Source: Alteromonas sp. (GTDB taxonomy: Bacteria; Margulisbacteria; Marinamargulisbacteria; UBA6595). From it: DNA of 64,000 bases. The stretch lies in assembly GCA_964220215.1 (NCBI GenBank), contig CAXPTH010000006.1:3863-67862 (forward strand), in the 5' to 3' direction. Position numbers and translations under genes: made by a program. The notes beneath the pieces are model-generated. The model was not told where the DNA came from and searched no databases. It worked only from the letters and a program-made list of their open reading frames with translations. Positions 46,423-54,561 of the stretch are shown in pieces. The first letter of the stretch is position 1. Each line of letters begins with the position of its first letter.

Positions 46423-47745
46423 ATGAGTATGACACGTCCACTGTATCGATGGCTTCAATTTCTCAGTATTTTAGCGATTCTCATTGGTTCAGTTGCGTTA
46501 ATTGTTAAACAACCCCTAACCCTGGGGCTCGATTTACAGGGTGGCATGCGGCTCATTTTGGAGGCCCAAGAAACCGATACCCGTGTGCTCGACGATGACG
46601 CTATGAACGGTATTATTACCGTGTTGCAAGAACGAATTGATGGCTTGGGCGTTACCGAACCCGTGATTCGCCGAAAAGGTGCCCACCAAGTTGTAGTGGA
46701 ACTGGCTGGTATTGATGACCCCGCCCGCGCCCGCGCCATGATTGGCCAAACCGCATTGCTGCGGTTTGTAGCCGCCCAGTGGGCGCCTGCGGGCGCGGCG
46801 GACATGCCTCTGGACCAGATTGAGCTTCTGGCCGGAGACGGGGCTCGGTTTGTGGTGTATGCGGATGGGGAGTATACTCGCGGGTTGTTTTTAAAAGAAA
46901 CGGTGATGACGGGGGATCAGCTAAAGTGGGCGCAGCCAGCGACGGACCAATACGGTAAGATGGGGGTTGATATTGCGTTTACATCGGAGGGGGCGAAGGT
47001 GTTTCATGCGGTGACCCAACGGTTGACCGGACAGCCCTTGGCGATTTTGTTGGATGATCGTATTATTTCAGCCCCAACGATTCGAGAGCCCATTGCGGGT
47101 GGGAAGGCCGTTATATCGGGGGATTTTGATTTGGTTGAGATGCGGGATTTGGTGGTTCAGCTTAAAGCGGGGGCGTTGCCTGTTCCGGTTGACGTGGTGA
47201 GCGAAACGGTGATTGGCCCAACCTTGGGCATTCAGTCGTTGGCCAAGAGCAAACGAGCGGCTATAATTGGGTTTAGCTTATTAATTGTATTTATGGTAGT
47301 GGCGTATCGTCTATCGGGCGGGGTCGCTGTCTTGGCCTTAGGCGTCTATGGCCTTTTAGTTATGGCGTGTTTGAGTGCTTTAAATGCGACATTAACCTTG
47401 CCGGGTATTGCCGGATTTATTTTAACGATTGGGATGGCGGTGGATGCCAATGTCATTATTTTTGAACGCGTTAAAGAAGAGTTGACCTCGGGCCGACCCT
47501 TCCTGGCAGCGGTGAAAGCGGGGTTTTCTCAAGCGACGGTGACAATTTTAGATGCCAATATCACAACGCTATTGGCGGCTGGGGTATTGTTTTGGTTGGG
47601 CACGGGTGTGATTAAAGGCTTTGCCATTACATTAACAGTGGGTATTTTGGTTAGTATGGTTACTGCATTGGTCGTGACGCAGTTGCTGTTGGTTGGATTG
47701 GCGAATCGGTTTGGGAGCCATAGTGGCTGGTTTTTTGGAAAATAA
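46423..47745 (+). CDS. secD: protein translocase subunit SecD
   Basis: 440 aa with LGLDLQGG, a periplasmic P1 domain and the C-terminal 6-TM bundle. Confidence 0.93.
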   Translation: MSMTRPLYRWLQFLSILAILIGSVALIVKQPLTLGLDLQGGMRLILEAQETDTRVLDDDAMNGIITVLQERIDGLGVTEPVIRRKGAHQVVVELAGIDDPARARAMIGQTALLRFVAAQWAPAGAADMPLDQIELLAGDGARFVVYADGEYTRGLFLKETVMTGDQLKWAQPATDQYGKMGVDIAFTSEGAKVFHAVTQRLTGQPLAILLDDRIISAPTIREPIAGGKAVISGDFDLVEMRDLVVQLKAGALPVPVDVVSETVIGPTLGIQSLAKSKRAAIIGFSLLIVFMVVAYRLSGGVAVLALGVYGLLVMACLSALNATLTLPGIAGFILTIGMAVDANVIIFERVKEELTSGRPFLAAVKAGFSQATVTILDANITTLLAAGVLFWLGTGVIKGFAITLTVGILVSMVTALVVTQLLLVGLANRFGSHSGWFFGK

Positions 47746-47748
47746 TAG

Positions 47749-48624
47749 ATGATTGTTGAAAAACGAAATTTGTGGTTGAGTGTATCGTTTCTGGTGGTTA
47801 TTGTGGGCATCGCTATGATGGTGGTTCGCTTGTTTGCCCAGCAGCCCGTATTAAATTTTGGGATTGATTTTACAGGAGGCAGTACGGTGTTAATTGCAGC
47901 ATCGGATACGACCCAGCCGCTGAATGAAACGGATGTGCCAACCGTTCAATCGGTGCTGATGTCCGCTGGGTTTGACCATGCGTGGGTTCAACTCACCCAC
48001 GATCATGAGATTATTATTAAAACTGAATTGATGAGTCACGATGTGCGCACGGATATTTTAGATCAGATTCGTCAACACATCGGGGCGATTGATTTGTTGG
48101 AAGCCGATACCATTGGGCCCAGCATTGGCAACGAATTGCGTCGGCAATCGTTGTGGATGGCCTTGGGTGTGGGCATGATGTTGTTGGTGTATATTAGCAT
48201 TCGATTTCAATGGACGTATGGAGTTGCGGCTCTGATTGCGTTGGCCCATGACGCCTTAATCACCTTGAGTGTGACGGCGATGCTAATGATTGAAGTGAAT
48301 ACCGCATTTGTGGCAGCGTTGTTAATGATTTTGGGTTATTCGATTAACGATACCATTGTCGTGTTTGATCGGGTTCGGGAGTTGGCCAATCAAGATGAGG
48401 ATACGCCCATTGCGGCGGTTGCCAACTTGGCTATTCGACAAACGATACGTCGTTCAATATACACCTCGGTGACAACAGCCTTGGTTGTTGGGTCCTTGTT
48501 GATATTTGGTGGTGTGACACTGAAAGGGTTTTGCATTGTGCTGTTGATTGGTATTGTGTCGGGTACCTATTCCTCTATTTTTATTGCGAGCCCCATTTTA
48601 GTTGGGTTGCGGCCATTGCGCTGA
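47749..48624 (+). CDS. secF: protein translocase subunit SecF
   Basis: 291 aa with NFGIDFTGG and a 6-TM bundle. Starts 3 nt after secD. Confidence 0.93.
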   Translation: MIVEKRNLWLSVSFLVVIVGIAMMVVRLFAQQPVLNFGIDFTGGSTVLIAASDTTQPLNETDVPTVQSVLMSAGFDHAWVQLTHDHEIIIKTELMSHDVRTDILDQIRQHIGAIDLLEADTIGPSIGNELRRQSLWMALGVGMMLLVYISIRFQWTYGVAALIALAHDALITLSVTAMLMIEVNTAFVAALLMILGYSINDTIVVFDRVRELANQDEDTPIAAVANLAIRQTIRRSIYTSVTTALVVGSLLIFGGVTLKGFCIVLLIGIVSGTYSSIFIASPILVGLRPLR

Positions 48625-48625
48625 C

Positions 48626-50977
48626 GTGCGTGTTGTTGTAACAGAAAAGCCGAGCGTGGCTCGGGATATTGCACGCGTCTTGGGGGTGAAAACAGCCAAG
48701 ACTGGCTATTATGAAGGCAATGAGTATCAAATTTCTTGGGCCTTGGGGCATTTGGTAGAGATGCTTCAGCCCGATGCCTATGGCACCCAATACAAAGCCT
48801 GGCGGATGGCTACACTGCCCATTATTCCAGAGGAATTTCAATATGGTTTAATACAAAATGATGGGGCTAAAACGCAATACCATGTTATTGAGCAGTTGTT
48901 GAAGCAGCCCAATATTGAATCCGTAATCTGTGCTACCGATGCGGGACGCGAAGGGGAGCTAATTTTCCGGTTGATTTATGAAACAGCCGGTTGTCAGTAT
49001 CCCATACAACGGTTATGGATTTCCTCACAAACAGAGGCGGCTATTCGGCAAGGATTTGCGCAATTAAAGTCGGGCGATGCCTATGCGGCCCTGTATGATT
49101 CAGCGTTGTCCCGGGCGCAGGCCGATTGGTTGGTGGGGATTAATGCAACCCGAGCGTTTACGATTAAATATGCCAAGGGCCAGGGTGTTATGAGTGTGGG
49201 GCGAGTCCAAACCCCGGTACTCAAAATGATTGTGGATCGGTTTCGTGCCAATCAAGCATTTGAATCGCAATCGTTTTATGAGGTATTCATTACAGCCCAG
49301 GTTGAACAGGGGTCGTTTAAAGCTAAATGGGTGGATGCCAAGACGGATCGCTTGACCACATCGGCAGCCGCTGAAACCATTGCGGCAGCCGTGAAAGCCG
49401 ATCCCCAGGGTCGTATTGCTAATTTAACTAAAAAAACCAAACAAGAGCAGGTTCCGCTATTGTATGATTTGACGGAATTGCAACGAGAGGCCAACCGAAA
49501 GTTTAAATTTTCAGCGGATCATACCTTACAGTTAGCACAAGCGTTGTATGAACGCCATAAAGTGTTGAGTTATCCCAGAACATCGTCTCGCTATTTGAGT
49601 CAGGATGTTGCTAAAACTATTCCGTCGCTATTGGCCGGGATACCGGATGCGTATCAAGAATCGCTCACGTACATTCGGGAGCATAGCCGATCCTTGGCCG
49701 ATCGATTAATTGATGATAGCAAGATTTCGGACCACCACGCGATTATTCCCACTGAAAAACCGGCGGTATTGGCTCAACTATCTTCCGAAGAAGCCAGTGT
49801 TTATGATTTGGTTATTCGGCGATTTTTAGCGGCGTTTTATCCAGTGTGTGTCAAACATCAAACGGATGTTACGGTCTTGGTTGCGGCGCATTCCTTTAAA
49901 GCCACTGGCATGGTTGTTCATGATTTGGGCTGGCGGGCGCTGTACCCGGAGTTGGATTCGATGGATAAAGCCATTGTGTTGCCTCGGATTGAGAACAATG
50001 AATCGGTTCTGGCTAAAACACCCACGGTTAAAGTAGGCAAGACCAAAGCCCCGCCGCTGCATACCGAGTCTAGCATTTTGGGTTTAATGGAAACAGCCGG
50101 CAATGATAGCGATGATGAGTCCGTGCGGGAGGCTTTAAAACAATGCGGGTTGGGCACACCGGCCACACGCGCCCAAATATTGGAAAAACTCATTTATGTT
50201 CAGTATATTCAGCGCCAAAAAAACAAGTTAATTCCAACGGATAAGGGCGAGTATATAATTGATCGATTGGGGGATCATGTTTTAACATCGCCAGAGTTGA
50301 CGGGACAATGGGAAAAACGGTTAAATGATATGGCAGCTAGTCAGTATTTAAGGAAAGATTATATGGAAGAAATTGAAGCATTTACTCAATATATTATTGA
50401 TAGCGTGGTGGCTATTCCTGCCGATGAACAGAAACCGGAAGGCGAAGTATTCGGGCCGTGTCCCGTGACTGACTGTGGGGGGCATATTGTTGAAACGCCC
50501 AAAGCCTATAGTTGTTCAAAATGGAAAGAAACAGGGTGTTCAGCGGTGATTTGGAAAGTTATGTCTGAAAAAGAAATTAAAAAAACACAGGTTAAGCAGT
50601 TGTTAAAAGACGGCAAGACCGGTGTGATTAAAGGCTTTAAATCCAAAACAGGGTATACATTTGATGCATCATTGACCTTGGTTGATGGCCGGGTTCAGTT
50701 GGTGTATGGAGAGCCCCTAGGCCCATGCCCCGTCTGCGATAAAGGCCAAGTGGTTGAAACACCTAAAGCGTATGGCTGCTCAACGTGGAAAGATACGGGG
50801 TGTCCCATGGCCATTTGGAAACAAGTCGCAAAGCGGTCGATTACGTCGGACGAGGCCAAAGCGTTAGTCACATCTGGGAAAACCAATGTCTTAGACGGGT
50901 TTACGAGTCGCGCCGGCAAATCGTTTTCCGCAGCCTTGGTATTAAACGGTGGTAAAGTCGAATTTAAGTTTGACTAG
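48626..50977 (+). CDS. topB: DNA topoisomerase III with duplicated C-terminal Zn-ribbon/repeat module
   Basis: The GTG at 48626 gives (M)RVVVTEKPSVARDIARVLG (Toprim). The type IA core has ATDAGREGELIF, and the active-site Tyr lies in the SYPRTSSRYL context. The C-terminus has two copies of CPxxxC...CSxWKxTGC plus a ~45-aa topoisomerase C-terminal repeat. Confidence 0.9.
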   Translation: MRVVVTEKPSVARDIARVLGVKTAKTGYYEGNEYQISWALGHLVEMLQPDAYGTQYKAWRMATLPIIPEEFQYGLIQNDGAKTQYHVIEQLLKQPNIESVICATDAGREGELIFRLIYETAGCQYPIQRLWISSQTEAAIRQGFAQLKSGDAYAALYDSALSRAQADWLVGINATRAFTIKYAKGQGVMSVGRVQTPVLKMIVDRFRANQAFESQSFYEVFITAQVEQGSFKAKWVDAKTDRLTTSAAAETIAAAVKADPQGRIANLTKKTKQEQVPLLYDLTELQREANRKFKFSADHTLQLAQALYERHKVLSYPRTSSRYLSQDVAKTIPSLLAGIPDAYQESLTYIREHSRSLADRLIDDSKISDHHAIIPTEKPAVLAQLSSEEASVYDLVIRRFLAAFYPVCVKHQTDVTVLVAAHSFKATGMVVHDLGWRALYPELDSMDKAIVLPRIENNESVLAKTPTVKVGKTKAPPLHTESSILGLMETAGNDSDDESVREALKQCGLGTPATRAQILEKLIYVQYIQRQKNKLIPTDKGEYIIDRLGDHVLTSPELTGQWEKRLNDMAASQYLRKDYMEEIEAFTQYIIDSVVAIPADEQKPEGEVFGPCPVTDCGGHIVETPKAYSCSKWKETGCSAVIWKVMSEKEIKKTQVKQLLKDGKTGVIKGFKSKTGYTFDASLTLVDGRVQLVYGEPLGPCPVCDKGQVVETPKAYGCSTWKDTGCPMAIWKQVAKRSITSDEAKALVTSGKTNVLDGFTSRAGKSFSAALVLNGGKVEFKFD

Positions 50978-51032
50978 GTTTAATACGGCTAAGCAGTGTA
51001 CATGAGTATTTAACTTGTGTACACTTAAGGGT

Positions 51033-51578
51033 ATGAAATTTGGCTTAATTGGACGCAATGGATCCGGAAAAAGCGTTGTATGTGAATGGTTTGGGTCCCA
51101 AGGGTTTCATGTGACATCGTTATCGGATGAAATTCGCCGAGAAGCAGAGCGCCAACAGCGACCCCTGGATCGGGATACATTAACCGAAATTAGCAATCAA
51201 TTAAAAGCGGCCGATGGCATGGGCGTTTTAGCCCAGCGGGCCATTGAATTTACCCAACAGTATCATCAAGTTGTGTTTGATAGTATTCGGCATCCCGATG
51301 AAGTGCGTATACTCAAAGCGCATGGAGTTGTGTTTATTGGGGTTGATGCTGCACTAGCGATTCGGTACCAGCGTGTGTTGGATCGAAAACGCGATACAGA
51401 TTTTGTGGATTTTGAGACCTTTAAGCGACAAGATGAGGCGGAGTTTTCGGGCCTTCGTCCGGCTCAAAATATTAAAGCCTGCTGGGCGTATTGCGACATT
51501 GTTATAGACAATAACCAGTCCGATAAAGCCGCCTTGTTTGCGGCTGTTGAACAGGCAGTGACCGCATGGATCGATTAA
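51033..51578 (+). CDS. P-loop nucleotide/nucleoside kinase-like protein
   Basis: The ATG at 51033 gives MKFGLIGRNGSGKSVV (Walker A), about 180 aa in total. It has the size and layout of the dNMP/dephospho-CoA-kinase-like superfamily. Substrate unknown. Confidence 0.55.
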   Translation: MKFGLIGRNGSGKSVVCEWFGSQGFHVTSLSDEIRREAERQQRPLDRDTLTEISNQLKAADGMGVLAQRAIEFTQQYHQVVFDSIRHPDEVRILKAHGVVFIGVDAALAIRYQRVLDRKRDTDFVDFETFKRQDEAEFSGLRPAQNIKACWAYCDIVIDNNQSDKAALFAAVEQAVTAWID

Positions 51579-52819
51579 TTATTCATGGGGGGAATCGATT
51601 AACGGGCCATATTTCAGTATCTGGGGCTAAAAATGCGGTCTTGCCGATTTTGGCTGCATGCATTTTATTGGATGAACCCGTGACCTTGCACAATGTGCCG
51701 GTGTTGATGGATGTTCGGGTTATGATTCGCATGTTAAATGCGCTTGGCTTGCGCGCCGAATACTGCGATACCAATTCGGTCACGGTATTCCCCGCCCGAT
51801 GTTTAAAGACGATGGCTCCCTACGATTTAGTGACCGCTATGCGGGCCTCATTTTTTGTGGCGGGTCCTATTTTAGTTCGTAAAGGCTTTGCCAAAGTGTC
51901 GTTGCCGGGCGGCTGTGCCATTGGGGCGCGTGTGGTGGATATTCACTTAATGGGGTTTGAAAAGATGGGGGCAACCGTATCGGTTGAGCACGGATTTGTT
52001 GTATTAAAAGCGGAACAGTTGGTGGGCTGCCCCATTGATTTGCCATTCCCGTCGGTGGGGGCGACTGAAAACTTAATGATGGCGGCCACATTGGCGAATG
52101 GCACAACGGTGATTAACAATGCGGCTCGGGAGCCGGAAGTGTGCGATTTGGGTAATTTTTTAAATACCATGGGAGCCAATATTACAGGTTTGGGAACACC
52201 GTCCATTACCATTGTGGGCCAACCGCGATTGCTGGGCAATAAAGAATACAGTATCATGCCGGATCGCATTGAAGCGGCAACGTTGCTATTGGCTGGGATT
52301 ATTACCGGTGGGGATTTGACCGTTAAGCACATGAATCCTCAGGATTTAACCGCTTTTTTGGCATGTTTGAAAAAGATGGCGGTGATTGTGGATGTGGGCA
52401 ATCACTCGGTTCGGGTTCAGTCTTCGGGCCAATTTTCTGCGTGTCAGTTTGAAACACAGCCGTATCCAGGATTTCCCACAGACATTCAGGCACAGTTAAT
52501 GGCGGTGTTAACCGTAGCCAATGGGGTGAGCATTGTCCGAGAAACAATTTTTGAAAAACGTTTTATGCATGTCAATGAGTTGCAACGCATGGGCGCTGTG
52601 ATCGGGGTGCGTTCGGGTGAAGCGGTGATTGAGGGCGTTCCGCATTTAAGTGGGGCGGATGTTCGAATGACGGATTTACGGGCGGGCGCTGCGTTGGTGA
52701 TTGCAGGGTTGGCGGCAACGGGAACAACGGTTGTTCATGGCTTGCAGCATTTATCTCGTGGTTATGAGAATTTAATTGGCAAATTGTGTGACTTGGGTGC
52801 CAAAATCGAACCCATTTAA
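51566..52819 (+). CDS. murA: UDP-N-acetylglucosamine 1-carboxyvinyltransferase
   Basis: 417 aa with MDRLIIHGGNRLTGHISVSGAKNAVLPILAA and the active-site Cys in LPGGCAIGARVVD. Confidence 0.96.
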   Translation: MDRLIIHGGNRLTGHISVSGAKNAVLPILAACILLDEPVTLHNVPVLMDVRVMIRMLNALGLRAEYCDTNSVTVFPARCLKTMAPYDLVTAMRASFFVAGPILVRKGFAKVSLPGGCAIGARVVDIHLMGFEKMGATVSVEHGFVVLKAEQLVGCPIDLPFPSVGATENLMMAATLANGTTVINNAAREPEVCDLGNFLNTMGANITGLGTPSITIVGQPRLLGNKEYSIMPDRIEAATLLLAGIITGGDLTVKHMNPQDLTAFLACLKKMAVIVDVGNHSVRVQSSGQFSACQFETQPYPGFPTDIQAQLMAVLTVANGVSIVRETIFEKRFMHVNELQRMGAVIGVRSGEAVIEGVPHLSGADVRMTDLRAGAALVIAGLAATGTTVVHGLQHLSRGYENLIGKLCDLGAKIEPI

Positions 52820-52832
52820 CCACCCGCAGTGG

Positions 52833-53747
52833 GTGCGTCCTGGGTGTCGGGTTTTCTTGGTGGGGTATTATGGCTATGGTAATTTTGGGGATGCGTGGTT
52901 GCGGCGTATTGCGTTGCGTTGGCTGAAGCAGCAGGGGATTGATTCGGTGGCTTGTTTGTGGCCAAAATCTCGATATGATAACGGGGTTCAGTATGTCAAT
53001 CGCTGGTCAATGTGGGCTGTGATTCGGGCTGTTTGGGCCTCAGATGGGATTGTTTATGCTGGGGGCAGTGTATTTCAAGACCGAACGTCTCGACGGAGTG
53101 TTTGGTATTATGCGGCAATTTTATGCTTAGCCAAATGCCTGAACCGACCCGTATGGCTCTGGGGCCAAGGGCTCGGGCCGCTCACATCCAGTTCGCGTTG
53201 GCTATTAACTCGGGTGGCGCCCCGGCAGTTAATGGTTGATTGTCGGGACGCTGAGTCGTATCAGTTGGCGTGTCGTTTGTGGCCCCATGCCCAGTGCGCA
53301 CACGGTGATGACTTATCCAGTTTGGATGGTTGTCCGATGCCGATACCGTCGGTTGCATCGAGTCCGCCGGTATTTGGATTGTCGGTTCGCAGGGGGTATC
53401 CAGCGGCAGTATTCAGCTGGTGTCAGGCTCAGGGTTCGGTTCAGATGATTCAAACCCAAGAGTCTCATGAATCGGATTTAGTGTGTGATCTCAATGCGTA
53501 TCTTGGGCGCACGCATTCCGATACAATTTTGGATTGGTCGGCGGTGAGCAAGGCATTGGCCGGGGTACAAGGAGTTGTTTCGATGCGGTATCACGTCTTG
53601 GTTGTGGCGCATCGGTTGGGAATCCGGTGTATGGGCGTATCGTCGGATCCTAAAATTCAGTCCTTTTGCATGGCGCATGGGTATCCATGGGTATCGGATA
53701 TCGATGTGAGTTGTGCTAAATTGGAGGCTGCATGGCGAACACAGTAA
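52833..53747 (+). CDS. csaB: polysaccharide pyruvyl transferase CsaB-like
   Basis: GTG 52833 gives VRPGCRVFLVGYYGYGNFGDAWLRRI, the typical CsaB N-terminus, followed by SMRYHVLVVA. Confidence 0.75.
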   Translation: MRPGCRVFLVGYYGYGNFGDAWLRRIALRWLKQQGIDSVACLWPKSRYDNGVQYVNRWSMWAVIRAVWASDGIVYAGGSVFQDRTSRRSVWYYAAILCLAKCLNRPVWLWGQGLGPLTSSSRWLLTRVAPRQLMVDCRDAESYQLACRLWPHAQCAHGDDLSSLDGCPMPIPSVASSPPVFGLSVRRGYPAAVFSWCQAQGSVQMIQTQESHESDLVCDLNAYLGRTHSDTILDWSAVSKALAGVQGVVSMRYHVLVVAHRLGIRCMGVSSDPKIQSFCMAHGYPWVSDIDVSCAKLEAAWRTQ

Positions 53748-54433
53748 CGATGATGGGGTATTCGGTCTGGCAGCAGAGTTGCCGAGTGTTGATTCAGCAG
53801 ATTCACGATCGTTTGGCGGTAAGGGAGCCATTTGTGCATATTACCACGCTGAATCCTGAAATTATGGCTCGATCAGAACCCAATATAGCCCATTGGCTGA
53901 AACAATCCTGGGTGTGTGTGGCCGATGGCATTGGGGTTTGCGTACTGGCTCGACGGTTTGGCATTCGGGTGCCTCGGCTGACAGGCATTGATCTGGCTAT
54001 GCAGATCATTCAAAGCGGGGTTCCGGTTTATTGTTTGGGGTCGACGGCAGCGCGAATACAGGCGACGGTTGATCGGTGCCGGGATTTATACCCGTTTGCA
54101 ACCATTGTAGGGTATTCCAGTGGGTATACGTTGGACGATGATTGGAATTCAATGGTGTCTGTGCTCAAGCAGCAGCCGACGGTTGTTTTGGTTGGAATGG
54201 GGTTTCCGTTACAAGAGCAGGTGATTCAGCGGTTGGCCGATGTGCTTCCGTTTGGCATGGCGATGGGTGTGGGTGGGATGTTTGATGTGGTATCGGGGGC
54301 GTGTCGCCGAGCGCCTCGGTGGGTTCAGATTGTTGGATTGGAATGGGTGTACCGAGCGATTCGAGAGCCTGTTCGGTTAAAACGCTGGCGGTATCTGGTT
54401 TCTTTTTTAAAGTTTTTTATTTGTAAGTTTTAA
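53732..54433 (+). CDS. WecB/TagA/CpsF-family glycosyltransferase
   Basis: 233 aa with HITTLNPEIM, a typical family layout, and GVGGMFDVVSG..RRAPRW. Confidence 0.8.
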   Translation: MANTVTMMGYSVWQQSCRVLIQQIHDRLAVREPFVHITTLNPEIMARSEPNIAHWLKQSWVCVADGIGVCVLARRFGIRVPRLTGIDLAMQIIQSGVPVYCLGSTAARIQATVDRCRDLYPFATIVGYSSGYTLDDDWNSMVSVLKQQPTVVLVGMGFPLQEQVIQRLADVLPFGMAMGVGGMFDVVSGACRRAPRWVQIVGLEWVYRAIREPVRLKRWRYLVSFLKFFICKF

Positions 54434-54561
54434 AACAATGAGGGGATAAGTGGGGGTCTATTTACATAGGTGTGACTAAATGGTAACATTTTTTTAACAA
54501 ATATTTATTTTTATTCAATTTTTGTTCATAAAATAATCAATAAGGGGAGATTTGAATCATA

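Noticed and set aside
46414-46431. Perfect TATAAT 4 nt upstream of the secD ATG, suggesting a leaderless mRNA
   Set aside because: The spacing does not place a transcription start on either candidate ATG (46423 or 46429), and no -35 element is evident. It could equally serve the divergent orphan gene, and it cannot be resolved from sequence.
50995-51025. Inverted repeat AGTGTACA-N15-TGTACACT downstream of topB, considered as a Rho-independent terminator or operator
   Set aside because: There is no U-tract after the stem, the stem is AT-rich, the loop is long, and part of it overlaps the alternative start region of the next gene. The evidence is insufficient for either role.
51033-51578. Calling the P-loop kinase coaE (dephospho-CoA kinase) because pantothenate genes are in the window
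   Set aside because: Only the Walker A motif and overall size match. The characteristic CoaE motifs are not evident by eye, and the gene is not near the pan genes. It is left as a generic kinase-like protein.
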